Source of the DNA: the human T2T-CHM13v2.0 reference genome, Homo sapiens
Length of the DNA: 64,000 bases
Assembly: GCF_009914755.1 (NCBI RefSeq)
Contig: NC_060931.1
Reading direction: 5' to 3' (one strand)
Shown here: one piece after another, positions 28,997-43,173 of the stretch
How positions within the stretch are numbered: position 1 is the first letter of the stretch
Layout: each line of letters starts with the position of its first letter
The notes under the pieces: model-generated
Databases searched by the model: none
Told to the model about the DNA's origin: nothing
What the model saw: only the letters and a program-made list of their open reading frames with translations
Translations under genes and position numbers: made by a program

Positions 28997-29447
28997 TTAG
29001 GGCCAATGACATCCCTAACCCTGAATCATGGGACCTCAATGACTTCTGCAGGACTGAAAGTTACATCTTGATTCTGGAGGGATTTGGGTCGCAGACTAGA
29101 GATTTAAACTTTATTCTGAAGTAAGCAGAAAGTTATTTCAGATTTTTAAAAAATACATGAGAAAAATCGTGTTTCAGTAAAGACAAATCTGGTGTGCAAC
29201 GTATGAGATAAATCAGGGGCGGCAGCAGGAGGCAGGGAGTTGAGTGAGGGTGGCCCACGGTTGTGAGTGGCTCCAGGTGGGTGGGGTGAGGCCTTGGGGA
29301 TGGTGCGTGGACTAATCCAGATAGTGAAGGCCACACGTAGGGAGGCTTCAAGTCCCTTTAGGAACAAGAATCTCAGGAACTCAGAGGAGCCTGAGTGCTC
29401 TGCCAGCCATGCACATGGTGGATAAAAAGTAAAAATTCAGTCACTCA

Positions 29448-29866
<419 letters not shown>

Positions 29867-30634
29867 GAAAATGTGAAAGATCTTCAAAGCAAAATACACT
29901 CTTCTTTATAGCTTGTTCTTTCATTTTCCTTCCATTAGAAATAAAACCAAAGCAAAAAAAGAGGATTTAATATCCATCATAGCAAACTTTACTAACTGAA
30001 AATAATAATTGGCTATGGTCTGATTTGATTCAAAAATCCATTGTAGGCTTACAACACATTTATTTTTAAAAAAAAAAAAAGCTAAAACTTAGTAATACAT
30101 CTTACCCTTAGGCAAACTCATAAGAACAGCTGCTGAAATTAAATTAGGTTGTATACTTGTTTCTGGAAGTTTTCCACCTCATTTCTGGCTGAAGTGAATC
30201 CTTGAAGAACCAGGAGGGCTGAGCAGAAAACAAATATTTGCCACTGCTTTCAGATCCATCCCTCTGTGGGAACAATCTGGAGAAACTGCCTTTTTCATAT
30301 TTTCAGTAAAAAAAATTCCATATTCATGCCATTTCCTGTATTATGCAAAATACCTTCCCTCCATAGTCTCTTAAATGACACTGCAATATTTTTCCTAGAA
30401 TTTCCTAAAAGAAAACAGCTGGTTTGATCCCCACTCTTGGTCCGCATGCCTGATTTCTGTAGACACTGGGTATTTGCAGTCTGGGCTGCATCAGTTTGTG
30501 AGGTACCCATAAGGATGTGGGCAGAGAGTTTAGAGACAGAAAACCCAGGGCAGAATTGATCCATGCACCAGAAAATGCATTGTGTAGGACAATTTATAGC
30601 TTAGGAGCTTCAGGAGACATGAGGTGGTTCCTGG

Positions 30635-30815
30635 GTCACAGGTTCTCAAATTTGGCTGCATATTGTAATCACCTGGGATGTTTCTTTAAAATGCTGATGC
30701 CTGGATTCCATTCCTAGAGATTCTGACTTTGGGTTGGTCTGGTGGATTGTGCATTAGGTTTTTCAAAAGCTCCCCAGGCCATGTAATATGTATCAAAATC
30801 TGAGGACCACCAACA
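30635..30815. mobile_element. MER5-type hAT-Charlie fragment
   Basis: ggttctcaaatttggctgca...aatcacctggga...agagattctga...aaaagctccccagg. Confidence 0.75.
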
Positions 30816-31282
30816 TAGACCATCTCCCCCTCCTCCCCAGAGAGGGGGCGACTTGCCCAAGGTCAGAATTATAATATCTTCCAGTGTACCCCAACTCTGC
30901 AGATGGTTCTCTATCACCCAGTGGCCCAAGAGATCAGTTTGAGAACAACTTTGCCTCATCCCACAACTTCACCCCAGACCTCAGGTCACTTCCCATGGTC
31001 AATGGGTTCTTCTCATAGTCTCAATGGCTGATCCTTCTCCATCTCCATGGTTAGTGCTCCTCAGATGATAGCAACAGGCTCCTCTCATTTGAGGCCTGGC
31101 TCCCTTCTCTTCGCCACACCATCTGCCTCCATACTCATCTTCAGGAGACTTGAGTGTAAACATGTTGCCTCCTACTCACACCTCTGTCAGGGGCTTCCCA
31201 TTGCCTTTGGGACACCTTAATGTGGCTTCCAGACCCTCCAGGAGCTGGCTCCTGGCCTCCTGAGTATCCCATCTTGCCCCTC

Positions 31283-31560
31283 CTGTATGATTCCGCTTGT
31301 ATGAGGTCCCTGGAGTTGTCAGACCCCTAGAGACAGGAAGTAGAGTAGGGGTGCCAGGGGCTGGGGGAGGGATGGGGAGTTACAATAGTATTTAACGGGG
31401 ACAGAGTTTCAGTCTGGGAAGAGGGAAAGGTTCTGCAGATGGATGGTGGTGATGGTTGCACAAAAATATGAGCATACTTAATGCACTGAACTGGACACTT
31501 AAAATGGTTAAAATGGCAAATTGTATGTAATGCATATTTTATCAGAACAGTAAATTTTTT
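31283..31560 (+). mobile_element. L1MB 3' end, within an L2 remnant
   Basis: gatggatggtggtgatggttgcacaa...tgaactggacacttaaaatggttaaaatgg. Confidence 0.85.
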
Positions 31561-31883
31561 TCAATAGCTTTCTGAGAAAGACCTTGCCTGCCCTTTGCCT
31601 GAGTTAGGCAGCTCTGTTTTGTGTTTCCAGAACTCCACAATCTTCCTATCAGACCACTGTCCTGCTTAGAGTCTGGCCTTTTTACAGATTGTGACTAGAA
31701 TAAAGGCGCATTGGAGTTCTCGCCTATTTACCACTGTGATCCCCCATGACTGCAGAGTAGGTGCCCACTGCATAATTGTTAATGAATGTTGTTGAATGAA
31801 TAAAACCCAGAACTACAGTGTCCCAGCCCGTCAATCTTAATTGCTAGGAAAAATTGGATTGCAAAAATAATCCAATTTGATAT

Positions 31884-34087
31884 TGTATTAGTCCATTCTT
31901 ACATTGCTCTAAAGAACTACCCAAGACTGGATCATTTATAAAGAAAAGAGGTTTAATTGACACACTGTTCTGCTGGCTGTACAGGAAGCATGGCTGGAGA
32001 GGCCTCAGAAAACTTTTAATCATTGTAGAGGGGAAGCAGGCACATCTTACATGGGGGAGCAAGAGAAAGAGAGTGAAGGGGGAGTGCTATACACTTTTAA
32101 ACAGCCAGATCTCATGAGAATTCACTCACTATCAAGAAGAGCAAGGGGAAAATCCACCCCCATGATCCATTCACCTCCCACCAGGCCCCACCTCCAATAT
32201 TAGGGATTACAATTTGACATGAGATTTGGGTGGGGTCACAAATCCAAACCATATCATTCCACTCCTGTCCCCTCCCAGATCTCATGTCCTGCTCCCATTT
32301 CAAAATACAATCATGCCTTCCCAACAATCTCCCAAAGTCTTAACTCATTCCAGCATTAACCCAAAAGTCCAAGTCCAAAGTCTTATCTGAGGCAAGGCAA
32401 GTTTTTTCTGCCTATAAGCCTGTAAAATCAAAAGCAAGATAGTTCCTTCCAAAATACAATGGGGACACAGGCATTGGGTAAATACTCCCATTCCAAATGG
32501 GAGAAACTGGCCAAAACAAAGGGCTACAGGCCACATGCAAGTCTGAAACCCAGCAGGGCAGTCATTAGATCTTAAAGCTCCAAAATGATCTCCATTGACT
32601 CCATGACTCATATCCAGTGCATGCTGATACAGCAGTGGTCTCCATGATCTTGGGCCACTCTGCCCTGTAGCTCTGCAGGGTTCAGCTTCCTCAGCTGCTT
32701 TCACAGGGTGGCATTGAGTGCCTGGGGCTTTTCCAGATGCATGCTGCAAGCTGTCAGTGGATCTACCATTCTAGGGTCTGGAAGACAGTGGCCCTCTTCT
32801 CACAGCTCCACTAGGCAGTGCCCCAGTGGGGTCTCTGTGTGAAGGCTCCAACCCCACATTTCCCCTCTGCACTGCCCCAGTAGAGGATCTCCATGAGGGC
32901 TTCACCCCACAACAGACTTCTGCCTGGACTTCCAGGCATTTCATACATCCTGAAATTTAGGTGGATACTCCCAAGCCTCAACTCTCACACTCTGCACACC
33001 CACAGGCTTAATACCAAGTGGAAGCCACCAAGACTTGGGGCTTGCACCCTCTGAAGCAACAGCCTGAGCTGTACCTTGGCCTCTTTTAGCCATGGCTGGA
33101 GCTGGTGTGGGCGCAATGCAGGGCACCAAGGCTGCACAGAGAAGTGGGACTCTGAGCCCGGCCCATGAAACCATTCTTTCCTCCTAGGCCTCCAGGCCTG
33201 TGATGGGAGGGGCTGCCTCAAAGTTCTCTGAAATGCCTTGGAGGCGTTTTCCTTATTGTCTTGGTGATTAATATTTGGTTCCTTTTACTTATGCAAATTT
33301 CTGTAGCAGGCTTGAATTCCTCCCTAGAAAGTGAGTTTTTCTCTTCTACCACATAGTCGGACTGCAAATTTTCCAAACTTTTATGCTCAGCTTCCCTTTT
33401 TAAATATAAATTCCAGTTTCCAATCATCTATTTGCTCATGCATAACAAAAGTGACCTTGGCTGCCATTCTCAATAAGTTCCTTATCTCCATCTGAGACCA
33501 TCTCAGCCTGGACTTCATTGTCTATATCACTATCAGCATTTTGGTCACAACCATCCAACAATTCTCTAGGAAGTTTCAAACTTTCCCTCATCTCTCTGTC
33601 TTCTGAGTCCTTCAACCTGTTCCAACCTCTGCCTATTACCAAGTTCCAGAGTCACTTCCACATTTTCAGGTATCTTTGTAAGAATGGCCCCTTCTCAGTA
33701 CCAGTTTTCTGTATTCATTCCCACATTGCTCTAAAGAACTACCTGAGACTTGGTAATTTATTTTAAAAAGAGGTTTAATTGACTCATGATTCTGCAGGCT
33801 ACATAGAAAGCATGGTTGGGGAGGCCTCAGGAAACTTTCAATCATGGTGGAAGGTGAAGGGAAGCAGGCACAACTTACATGGCTGGAGGAGGAGGAAGAG
33901 AGCACAGGGGGAGGGCTACACACTTTTAAACAGCCAAATCTTGTGAGAACTCCCTCACTATCATGAGAACAGCAAGGGAGAAATCTAGCCCCATGATCCA
34001 GTCACCTCCTACCAGGCTCAGCCTCCAACATTGGAGATTACAATTTGACATGAGATTTGGACGGGGACACAAATCCAAACCATATCA
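31884..34087 (-). mobile_element. Full-length MSTA MaLR: LTR 31884-32256, internal region, LTR 33710-34087
   Basis: Two LTRs (cattgctctaaagaactacc...caaatccaaaccatatca); MST-int homologous to THE1-int; TSD gatat/gattt. Confidence 0.93.
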
Positions 34088-34330
34088 GATTTTAAGTAGC
34101 TAGAAGTATCAGACCACAAATTGTCCAGTCATGGTAAGTGATAACATTGGGTGAAGAATGTGGAATTTCAGCCTCTGATTAATCCTTACAGGTATATTCT
34201 GTTCGAGGTGGGTAGACCTCCAAGAATTTTGAGACTGCCTTTGTTCTGTCTAATAAATACAACAGGAAAATGAAAACCCGGTTGATGATTTCAGATTTTT
34301 TAAGAACAGCCTATTTATAACCACTTCCTT

Positions 34331-34365
34331 GCTTAATATTATGCTTTTTTCTCTTTCCAAATTAG
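34331..34365 (+). promoter_or_regulatory. Branch point (cttaat), polypyrimidine tract and 3' splice site of the DPP6 exon
   Basis: gcttaat about 30 nt upstream of the AG, then tttttt ctctttcc aaattag. Confidence 0.7.
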
Positions 34366-34486
34366 ATATTTATTTTTGAAAACAATATCTACTACTGTGC
34401 ACATGTCGGGAAACAGGCCATCCGTGTGGTCTCCACTGGCAAGGAAGGTGTGATTTACAATGGCCTCAGTGACTGGCTGTATGAAG
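34366..34486 (+). CDS. DPP6: Internal coding exon (121 nt, phase 0 in, phase 1 out) of dipeptidyl peptidase-like 6, beta-propeller region; probably exon 8 of the canonical isoforms
   Basis: Polypyrimidine tract and ttag| acceptor at 34364-65, AAG|gtaaga donor at 34487. Translation [40 protein letters not shown] contains the DPP4-family YNGxxDWxYEEE motif and matches DPP6 as I recall it. Exon number is from memory. Confidence 0.95.
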
Positions 34487-35203
34487 GTAAGATGTGCACA
34501 GAGAGAAAAAAGGAAGATTTGTGGTTGCTGCTGCTGCTACATTGGAGTTGGGTTCTTTTTCATTTTTCTTTGACTTTAACTGTAAATTAAACTCCAGTTT
34601 CTTGAGGTTCTGCAAAATTTAAAAGATTTTGTTAGAGCTTTTGGGATCAGGCTGATCAGCATCAGAGAACAGCATCAGGCTGTTGTCAGGGGCCTGCAGT
34701 GTTGTGCACTCACCTGGGACAGGTGTGCTGGCTTTGGGCTTTGCAGAGCTCTGCAATTCATCCCTGAAGGGCAGGAGGCTCGTTAATGGGAGATTTATTA
34801 TGTCAGGAGGTGACTTCTGGGAACGCTCAGGGACTGCAAATGCATGTGTCTCTACCCCACTCCAAGACATAAGTGCCTCGTTTTGCCTTGGGAAGGGGAC
34901 AGTTGGAAAAGAAAGAATGAGTTGCATCTTTCCAAATAAATCATCAGAGTGACTTGCTGCTGAGAGCGCCTCCACCTTGCTGGACATTTTCTACCACTGG
35001 TTTGCCTTTGGCACCAGAAGACTCATGCTGTATACATTATTAAATAACTAGAAGTCAGAGGGGGAAGCTCTCTTCTTAAACTTTGATAACCTGTCTCCAT
35101 GCTCATGACCCTTCATCGTAACAATAACAACCAGGTATTGATTGCTATTAGCTGTCAGGCACTGCTGGAAGCACTTTGTTTTCTGTTACTTCATTCCACC
35201 CTC

Positions 35204-35610
35204 TGTCTTAGTTTGTTCAGGCTGCTGTAACAAGATATAACAAGATTCCACAGACTAGGTAGCTTAAACAATGAATATGTATTTCTCACAGCTCTGAAGC
35301 CTGGGAAGTCCAAGATCAGGGTGCTGGCAGACCCACTGTCTGGTGAGGGCTCTCCTCCTCACTTGTACATGGCTGTCTTCTTATGTCCTCACCTGGCAGA
35401 GTAGAGAGAGCTCTGGTCTTTTTATCTCTTTATAAGGGCACAAATCTTTTTATCTTTTTATCTCTTTATAAGGGCATGAATCCCATTCATAGGGGCAACA
35501 CCCTCATAACCTCATCACCTTACAAAGGCTCCACCTCCTAACCCCATCACCTTAGGGATTTGGGTTTCAATATATGAATTTGGGGGGACACAGACATTCA
35601 GTTCATAGTA
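35204..35610 (-). mobile_element. MLT1A-type solo LTR inserted in a MIR
   Basis: tgtcttagtttgttcaggctgct...gggggacacagacattcagttcatag; small internal duplications. Confidence 0.88.
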
Positions 35611-36049
35611 CTGTCATAACAAGGTTCTATTTTATAGATGAGGCATGGTTAGGTTAAATAATTGGCCCAAGTTTACACAAGGTAAGGAATATTTATTGGG
35701 GAAAGGCGTTGTCCAAGCTCAGGGTAATTACCTTTTTTGAATTCCACATGTGGCTACAGTAACCGTATGCTTTCCAGCATGGGGCTGATGAACAACCCAA
35801 GCTCTTCTCAGCCTCCTGGCCTGAAACCGTGTGGTCACAGCAATAACTCACCCTGCTAGGCTGGGTCAAGGGAGGGTCAGGGAGATTCTGGGTGCTTTCT
35901 CAAGCCAGTATCACTTTCTCCTAGTGCTGTGCATGCCTCATTCTGCATTTTAGTGGCTTTATGCATCATAAATTATAAAGCAGATGGATATGCAAGCTTA
36001 GTGTTACCTCCTAGGATAATTTCTCTGAAGCCATAAAGTTCTATGACTT

Positions 36050-36250
36050 GATTTTTAATTTTTGTAAATGGAGGTATAATTTGTACATAATAAAATGTAC
36101 ATCAGAAGGACAGTTTGATGAGTTTGGCAAATGTATATACTATATAGCCCCAGTCAAGACATAGACCATTTCCATCAGTCTAGAATATTCCTACAAGTCC
36201 CTTTCCAAGGGCTTTCTCCCTAAATCTGTCTTCCAGAGACTGCCACGGTC
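36050..36250 (-). mobile_element. L1M 3' fragment
   Basis: gaggtataatttgtacataataaaatgtac...gtttgatgagtttggcaaatgtata...cagtcaagacatagaccatttccatca. Confidence 0.7.
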
Positions 36251-38127
36251 CTGGGGGCTAAGCAGCCCATTCTCTAACAGACATACTGGAACCCAAGCAT
36301 CCACATGAGGCTGTCCTTCCCTGTGTGGTCACCATGGAAGCCCCATGTTTATTCCAATGTGGCTGCCGGTGCTCAGAGCATGCTGAAGAGTCCAGTTTCC
36401 TTCTGAGCCCCAGGAGAATCAACCCTGAGATTTTATTGTCACATGAGTCCTTGGCTACACCTGAAAAAGCCACTGGAATGAAAGAGGGGACACAGTCTGC
36501 TGTAGTTATGCCTGTTCTGTGCAGAAACAGCCCTAGAAATGGTGTGCCCGGAGATGTCCCCAGCTCCACCAAAGAGGTACAGGCAGCAGCACAAAGGGAA
36601 GCTCCGGAGGGGCTGCACCTCTGCCTGGGGTGCAATCCCTGAGCCTCTGGGGCTTGCCTGCCCCCTGGACTCAGTAGACTGTTGACAATGAGGACTCTAA
36701 AGCCCCTTGTGTGCTGCCCTTTTGTGAGAAAAAGGCCTTATACCTAGGAGCAACTGGAAAACTGGGTCCTGTTTGCTCCCTGATATCTGAGATCCCACTA
36801 ACAGCTCTTTTGCTTGGGTGTGAGATCAGCTCAATATCTGGATAGGGAAGGGAACCCAGGGGCTGGAGATCAGAACATGAGTGGTTCAAAGTAAGGCTGT
36901 GGAGCTGCAGGGACCCAGGGAGGAGACCTGGCCCAGTCACGGGACATGACAAGGGTCTTCCACTCCATCGACCTCAACATGCTCATGTGTACATGGGAAG
37001 AATGCCCCAAACACTACACTTCCTGAGGACTGTGTGAGACTTGGAGTGGAATACGTGCAGCACATGACATGGTCAGCAAGGGACAGTTGCTGCTGTTGTT
37101 TCTTATCACAATAAAAATAACAATAATTATGTATTTATTACTATTATTGTAATTATTTGTTAGTAGTATTTTTATCACAAAGGAAAAAAGATGTTTAAAA
37201 AAGAAAAAAATGGCATAGATATCAAGGCAATGTTACCCAGGTGGTCATTCTGCCACAGGGCAGAAATTGTCTGACCTGAAAATTCAAGAGAGATCAGTGC
37301 AAATAATAATGAACCCAAGGTGTGTCCCCCGTCCCTAAGAGAAAGGGCCCCTAGAATTTTGGCTGCAAGAGCCTAGGCATTCTCTGGGACTAATCTCCCT
37401 CAAAAATCCATAACCAGGAGATTTAAAATATCTTTTTTAGTATCTTCTTAATAAAATAAAAAGTTCATTGCTTTGCCATTCACATTAAGCTTTTGCTTTA
37501 GCAAATCCATTGAAAGGACTTTTTTCTTCAAGGCATTTACACGAAATTGTGTTGATGTGATAACAGAGCCCTAAATATTTTAAATCAATCACAGTTGATG
37601 TGGCAGCTTAATCTACTTAGTGTTGTTCCCTGGAAGGTTTATATGCTGATGCTTAGATTTCTGAGGCTGGGAGCACAGGAGCCCTGAGGATTCTTGCTTC
37701 CTTTTTTAATAATGGGAAAGTAAACTTTGATGATCGCTTTTGCCTACTCTGTGACTTAACTGTTTCAATTCCAAACACTTCCTTTAAAAAAGTTAGGGGG
37801 TGGGGGGAGATTAGAATGAAAATGCCCTAAAGCATTTGCAGAGGGGCTCATTTGCTTGGAGATGTTAGTTCTAAGAAGATAAGCTGTGTACGTGGGAAAC
37901 AGCCACTGCAGTCCATAGCTTGTTGGCAGAAAAATGCCTTATTGATTTGTTTTGTTTCCCAGAAAGGATCTTAAACATACTAAACATTGCAAAATATTGG
38001 AGACTGAGGAAGAGAAGAGGTGGGCAGCCATAGAGGCTTCTGGGAGTCTCCAACCCTTGACCTAAGCTTTAAACACACAAAGTGGGAAAAGCTCCAGTTT
38101 ACTGAAGCAGTCGCCCACATGCCAGAA

Positions 38128-38192
38128 TGTGAGCTCAACACTGGCTGTGAACTCAGCACTGGCTGTGAACTCATCACTGGCTGTGAACTCAG
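38128..38192 (+). repeat. 18-bp minisatellite, about 3.6 copies
   Basis: tgtgaactcagcactggc units. Confidence 0.9.
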
Positions 38193-38515
38193 TGTATCTG
38201 TCTTGCTGATTCTCTAAAGAGAGTCCTGTGGCTCATGGTGGCCACAAACTGATTTTGATAAGCAAAATGCATATCTTCATTTTATTCTTCTGGGAAAATG
38301 TCATAAAATTACATCGAATTTTGATTTTAATAAAAACTAAAGACAGCTTAATAGAGTCCTACAACTTTTTAAAGTTTATTAAAGTTTGTTTATTCATAAA
38401 CTAAACGTAAGATGTTACTGAAGATGAAGATTTTGAGGCCTGTGAGTGAGTGTTCTGTTAAGAATGTGCACTTTGATGCAGGGCTCAGTAATTTTGCAAA
38501 GTTCCTAGTATGTAG

Positions 38516-38866
<351 letters not shown>

Positions 38867-40756
38867 AGTCATCTTCGTTATCATCATATGCATGAGCTAT
38901 AGTGGGACAGCACAGAATTTTTGGCCAATAATTTGCTAATAATGACTTTAAGTTATTAAATATTTCAGCTAAACAATGAGTCATCCATACTTCTTTTACC
39001 AAAGCAGTCACATGCATATGCATATCCAAAATACATATAATTATTCAGTGATATGCCATTATCATGGAATGACTCACAGCCCTGTGGAAAGCTGGAACAT
39101 GTTAGGGTCATTGGAGGACAACATCTTTCCTTATGTATATAAAAGATCTTATCCCCTCAAAGGGCAGTGGAGGTAGAGTGAGGGATGATGAACTCGAGAA
39201 GATATTTATAGAGCTCAGCCTGGAGTCATCAGCCTGGGATGGCAGGGAAAGTGAGAAAAGGGCCCGAAGGGTATTTATTTCATATCTGGTTTGGCATGGA
39301 TGAAATTCCAGGGCTGGATTTTCCTTAACTAGTCAAGAACATAAAAGTACTTGAAAAATGTGATCAGATCAGGAGACCCAGTTTGGCACGGAAGCATTTC
39401 CCCGTGCATGTCAGCAGGAATCATGTTAGATGAGACTCTCGAAGCTGCCCCTGGCACTAGTTCCCCTTGCGTGGTTCTAGGACCCATGCAGTCAGGCAGC
39501 CCCTGACAAGGAGTAGCTGCTGGGAAGTCTCCTGCCAACAATACTCACTTCTGCTCCACCCTGCCCAGTCCACCGCCCTCGCCTGGACTCCATGGCACCC
39601 TCCCCATTTTCTGCAGCCCTGCCCTGACTCCTGAGGCCCCCTTCTCCCAGTCACAGCCCTTGCCACAGTCCCCACGGAGCCACCGTCCTGGTTCCACCTA
39701 CCTGGGAGCCCCCAAGAGAGACTGTCTTCACTGTCCCACACTAACTGCCACCTTCACTGGGTGGCCAGCATGGAGGAAGTGGGGATGTGGCTAGTCTGGC
39801 CAGAAAGGACTTCCTTCCAGAACTGCTGCTGCTGGAGAGGGGTTTAGTGCCTCTTGAGTTGGAACTCAGAATGCTCTCATTAGCGATGTAGTCAGGCCCA
39901 CTGTACAAGGAGCAGAGCCTTTCCTAAGCTAGGGCCCTCAGTCCTGCTGGATGAGCACCAAACCCTGGTGGTGTGACCATTACCCTCCATCTGTGTGTCC
40001 TGCTCATGTCTAGGGACTGCAAGGCCAGCGTGAGGCAAGGCCTGCTTTGCACTTCTTTATAGTTTCTCAAAGCATCTTTAAAGAGTCAGCACTCATGACC
40101 TAATAGTTTTCTGTTCCAATGAAGTGCTCTAAGAGGTACCAGCAAAAGGTCAGGTGGGCCCCAGGCAGATAAATTTGAGTTAATGAATTTTGGGGGTGGG
40201 GCAATTCCATGCTTTATTGTCTTGAGTATTCAAGGAGGTGGAGAGTGTGTAGGAGTAGTAGTGCAGTGTAGTAGATCACAGTGGATTTTCACACTTTCAT
40301 GGAAGAAAACACATTATTAAAATGAAAGCCCTCCTGGGGATCGTGGAATGGTTTTCAGGGTCTGTTTTCCACAGGGGGCACATTCACCAAAAGAAAAGGG
40401 AACTCTTTGTTCATCCAGATTCCCATAAACTCTCTAAATCCCATGAAAGCAGAACAAACTTAAGTAACACTTCACGTGAAACTTGCATATTGGCTTTAAT
40501 TTACATTCATGACACGTTAGATATGTTGTACACTTTGTGTGCCTTGTGTCACGCTGATACCCAGTGTGCTGAGTACCTGCTTCCTGCGTGTTGTGAACAG
40601 ACCAGAGCCAGTTGTGACCATCGATAACTGGTACAGTCTTCAGTGAATAGCGGCAGCCTTGGACGGTTCGACGCAGATGAAGAAAATCTAGCACACCATC
40701 TTTTTATCTAAGAAAGCAATATGCTGGAACCATTAGACATTAATGACACTTATGCT

Positions 40757-40870
40757 ACTTTTCTTTAGAGACAGGCTCTCACTATGTTGCCCAGGCTGGC
40801 CTCAAACTTGTGTGCTCCTGGCTTCGCCTCCTGAGCAGCTGGGACTGCAGGAACCTGCCACTGAGCCCCA
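40757..40870 (-). mobile_element. FLAM/FAM monomer
   Basis: tagagacaggctctcactatgttgcccaggctggcctcaaact; TSD ttatgctactttt / ttatgctgttttt. Confidence 0.8.
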
Positions 40871-41339
40871 ACCTTTTATGCTGTTTTTAAAACTCCCTGA
40901 CATACATTTGGAGACTGATATGTGAGGTGCTTACAGAAGCCCCCTGGAGTGTAGATTCTTGATTGGGTTCTGCAAATATTAACTGCCTCTGAAGCACCTG
41001 GCTAGGGCACTTCAACTGCTAGCAAACTGCTCCCAGGTAGTAGATCAAAGTGGATTTTTACACCCGTCATACATCTTAGTGACCATACTGATGTTTTTTA
41101 AATAAGTTATGGAGCAGGCAGTACAATGGGAATTGGAATGATGTTCAAATATGTACATTACTATGTAAACCATAGATCTGTAGTTATTTGGACCTCTTAT
41201 TGATTACATCTCTTATTTGCATGATGGGAAATGTTTGGTTAGACAAGGACATCACTCTCAGTAAATTGGCAGAAACTTGTGATTAGCTTGACAAAGCTCC
41301 TTTGTGGAAGAGCAGGGCAGAGTCTTTGTAGTGATGATG

Positions 41340-41550
41340 CCTGTGTTTAAACAAAAGCTTCACCACGTAAAAGCTGTATGAACTTGGATGAATATTTGAC
41401 CTCTTTGTGTCTCTGCTGCCTTGTCTGCAAAACAAAGATAACAGCAGTATATGCTCCATAAGGTCACAGAGGAAATTGAAATAAGCTAATACACATAGAG
41501 CTCTTAGAATAGTGCCTGCCACTGGTAACGTCTACGTATTGGTGGTACAA
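41340..41550 (+). mobile_element. MIR
   Basis: gctgtatgaacttggatgaatatttgacctctttgtgtctc...cttagaatagtgcctg. Confidence 0.75.
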
Positions 41551-42850
41551 CTACTATTGCTTTACCTTGTAATTTCCCAAACTCGGTAAAATAAGAGGCA
41601 CCTGCTCAACTATTTCATTTGCAATGTCAGGAATCGGAAGCATTAATGTGTAATTAATGATACCTATCAGTGTTGAAAACTCTGAAGCTCTATTCACTCA
41701 TAAAATATTATCTGTAGTATGTTCACATAGAAAATGCACTATGAGTTCCCAGTCATCCTAGAAATGCTATTGATACCATGTTGAACACCTCTTCAAGAGC
41801 CTTCTGTCCACGTTTAGATTCTCCAAGCTGAAATCACACCCTTAGTTGCCACTGATGCCTGACAGAGAGACAGCTGTTTTCCTTTTATGAGCCCCAAAGT
41901 TCTTGTGACTTGGTAAAAATTATGCCTCATGATCTCTTACAGAAATTGAGTACTTAAAAAAATTATATTCCACTTCATCTATGACTTCTAAGGGAGGATA
42001 TGAAAGTAAAAGTAATGATGAAAATATCTAAAATGTAATCAGTGTCTGGTGAAGCTATCAGACCTATGAGGTACTGTGCAATGGAGCATTGGCTCAATCA
42101 AATAGCAATCATTCTGAGCAGGAGTCTGAATGCTTTGGGTATTTCATGTAACTAAAATGAGTATTTTCCTTGTCTAGTCCTAGTCTCCAACTCTGTAAAG
42201 TATTAATGATCTTGACTTGAAGAACATGTTAATTTTACCTTGTAGAGAGACAAGGAGGAAAAGCCAAGAAGCTGTTTGGTAGAAGTTCAGTTGGCTCTGA
42301 CCAGAAAATGGCTGAGATGGCCTAAGAGTTCCATTCCTTCTGTGCTTCTCTGAACCTGTGAGAGATTTCTGGGTTTCTAGATTTCTGCAAGGATCAACAG
42401 GAAAACAGTGTTCTAAGGCAGGAAATAAGAATGTCAGGAGCATAACATAGACTGTGATTGCCACAGGTAAGCCAGGCTGGCTGCCAAGGCCCTCTTAGCC
42501 CCCTGGGTCCAACTGCACCTGTTCCTCACTTGACCCTGAGTCCCACCAGACCCTCCCCTGCCATCGTCTGCTCTCAACGTAGCAATCATGGCATCATGGC
42601 TGCCTCAGTGCCAAACTTTAAATCCAGGTAGGTCACCAGGAAACACCAGCACATCCTAACCAGCACCATCTCTCTGTTTCTGCGATCATGGGCAGACCAC
42701 TATCTTTCTGCTGTAACAACACAAAGTGTATGCCCTCACTTGCCTATGTTCATCTGAGTTTTCTTGAAAGAAAAACACATGGCTATTGATTCTCTAATCA
42801 CAGAAGGAGGTAGTGTTGGAGCTGAAATGGACGTTAGCAGACATTGAGTC

Positions 42851-43173
42851 CAGCAGTCAGTAAACTGTTTCTGTAAATGGCTAATAGAGTCTGGGTAATA
42901 GAGTCAGGGTTTTGCAGGACATATGGTCTTCATTGCCACTGCTCAAGCCTGTTGTCATAGCAAAACAGCAGCCATACACCATAAGCATGGCTGTGTTCCA
43001 ATAAACTTTATTTGTGGACAGCGAAATTTGAATTTCTTGTAATTCTCACATGTCATTAAATATTCTTCTTTTTTACCAGCTATTAAAAAACACAAAACCA
43101 ATTCTTAGCTCTCAGGTCATACAAAAGAGACAGCAAGCCAGATTTGGCCCAAAAGCCATAGTAAGCCAATCCC
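42851..43173. mobile_element. MER58B hAT-Charlie element
   Basis: gcatggctgtgttccaataaactttattt...gccagatttggccc...ccatagt. Confidence 0.85.

Noticed and set aside
34366-34486. Alternative assignment to DPP10, DPP4 or FAP, or to a processed pseudogene
   Set aside because: Residues [20 protein letters not shown] are DPP6-specific as I recall them; intact splice sites and an isolated exon argue against a retrocopy
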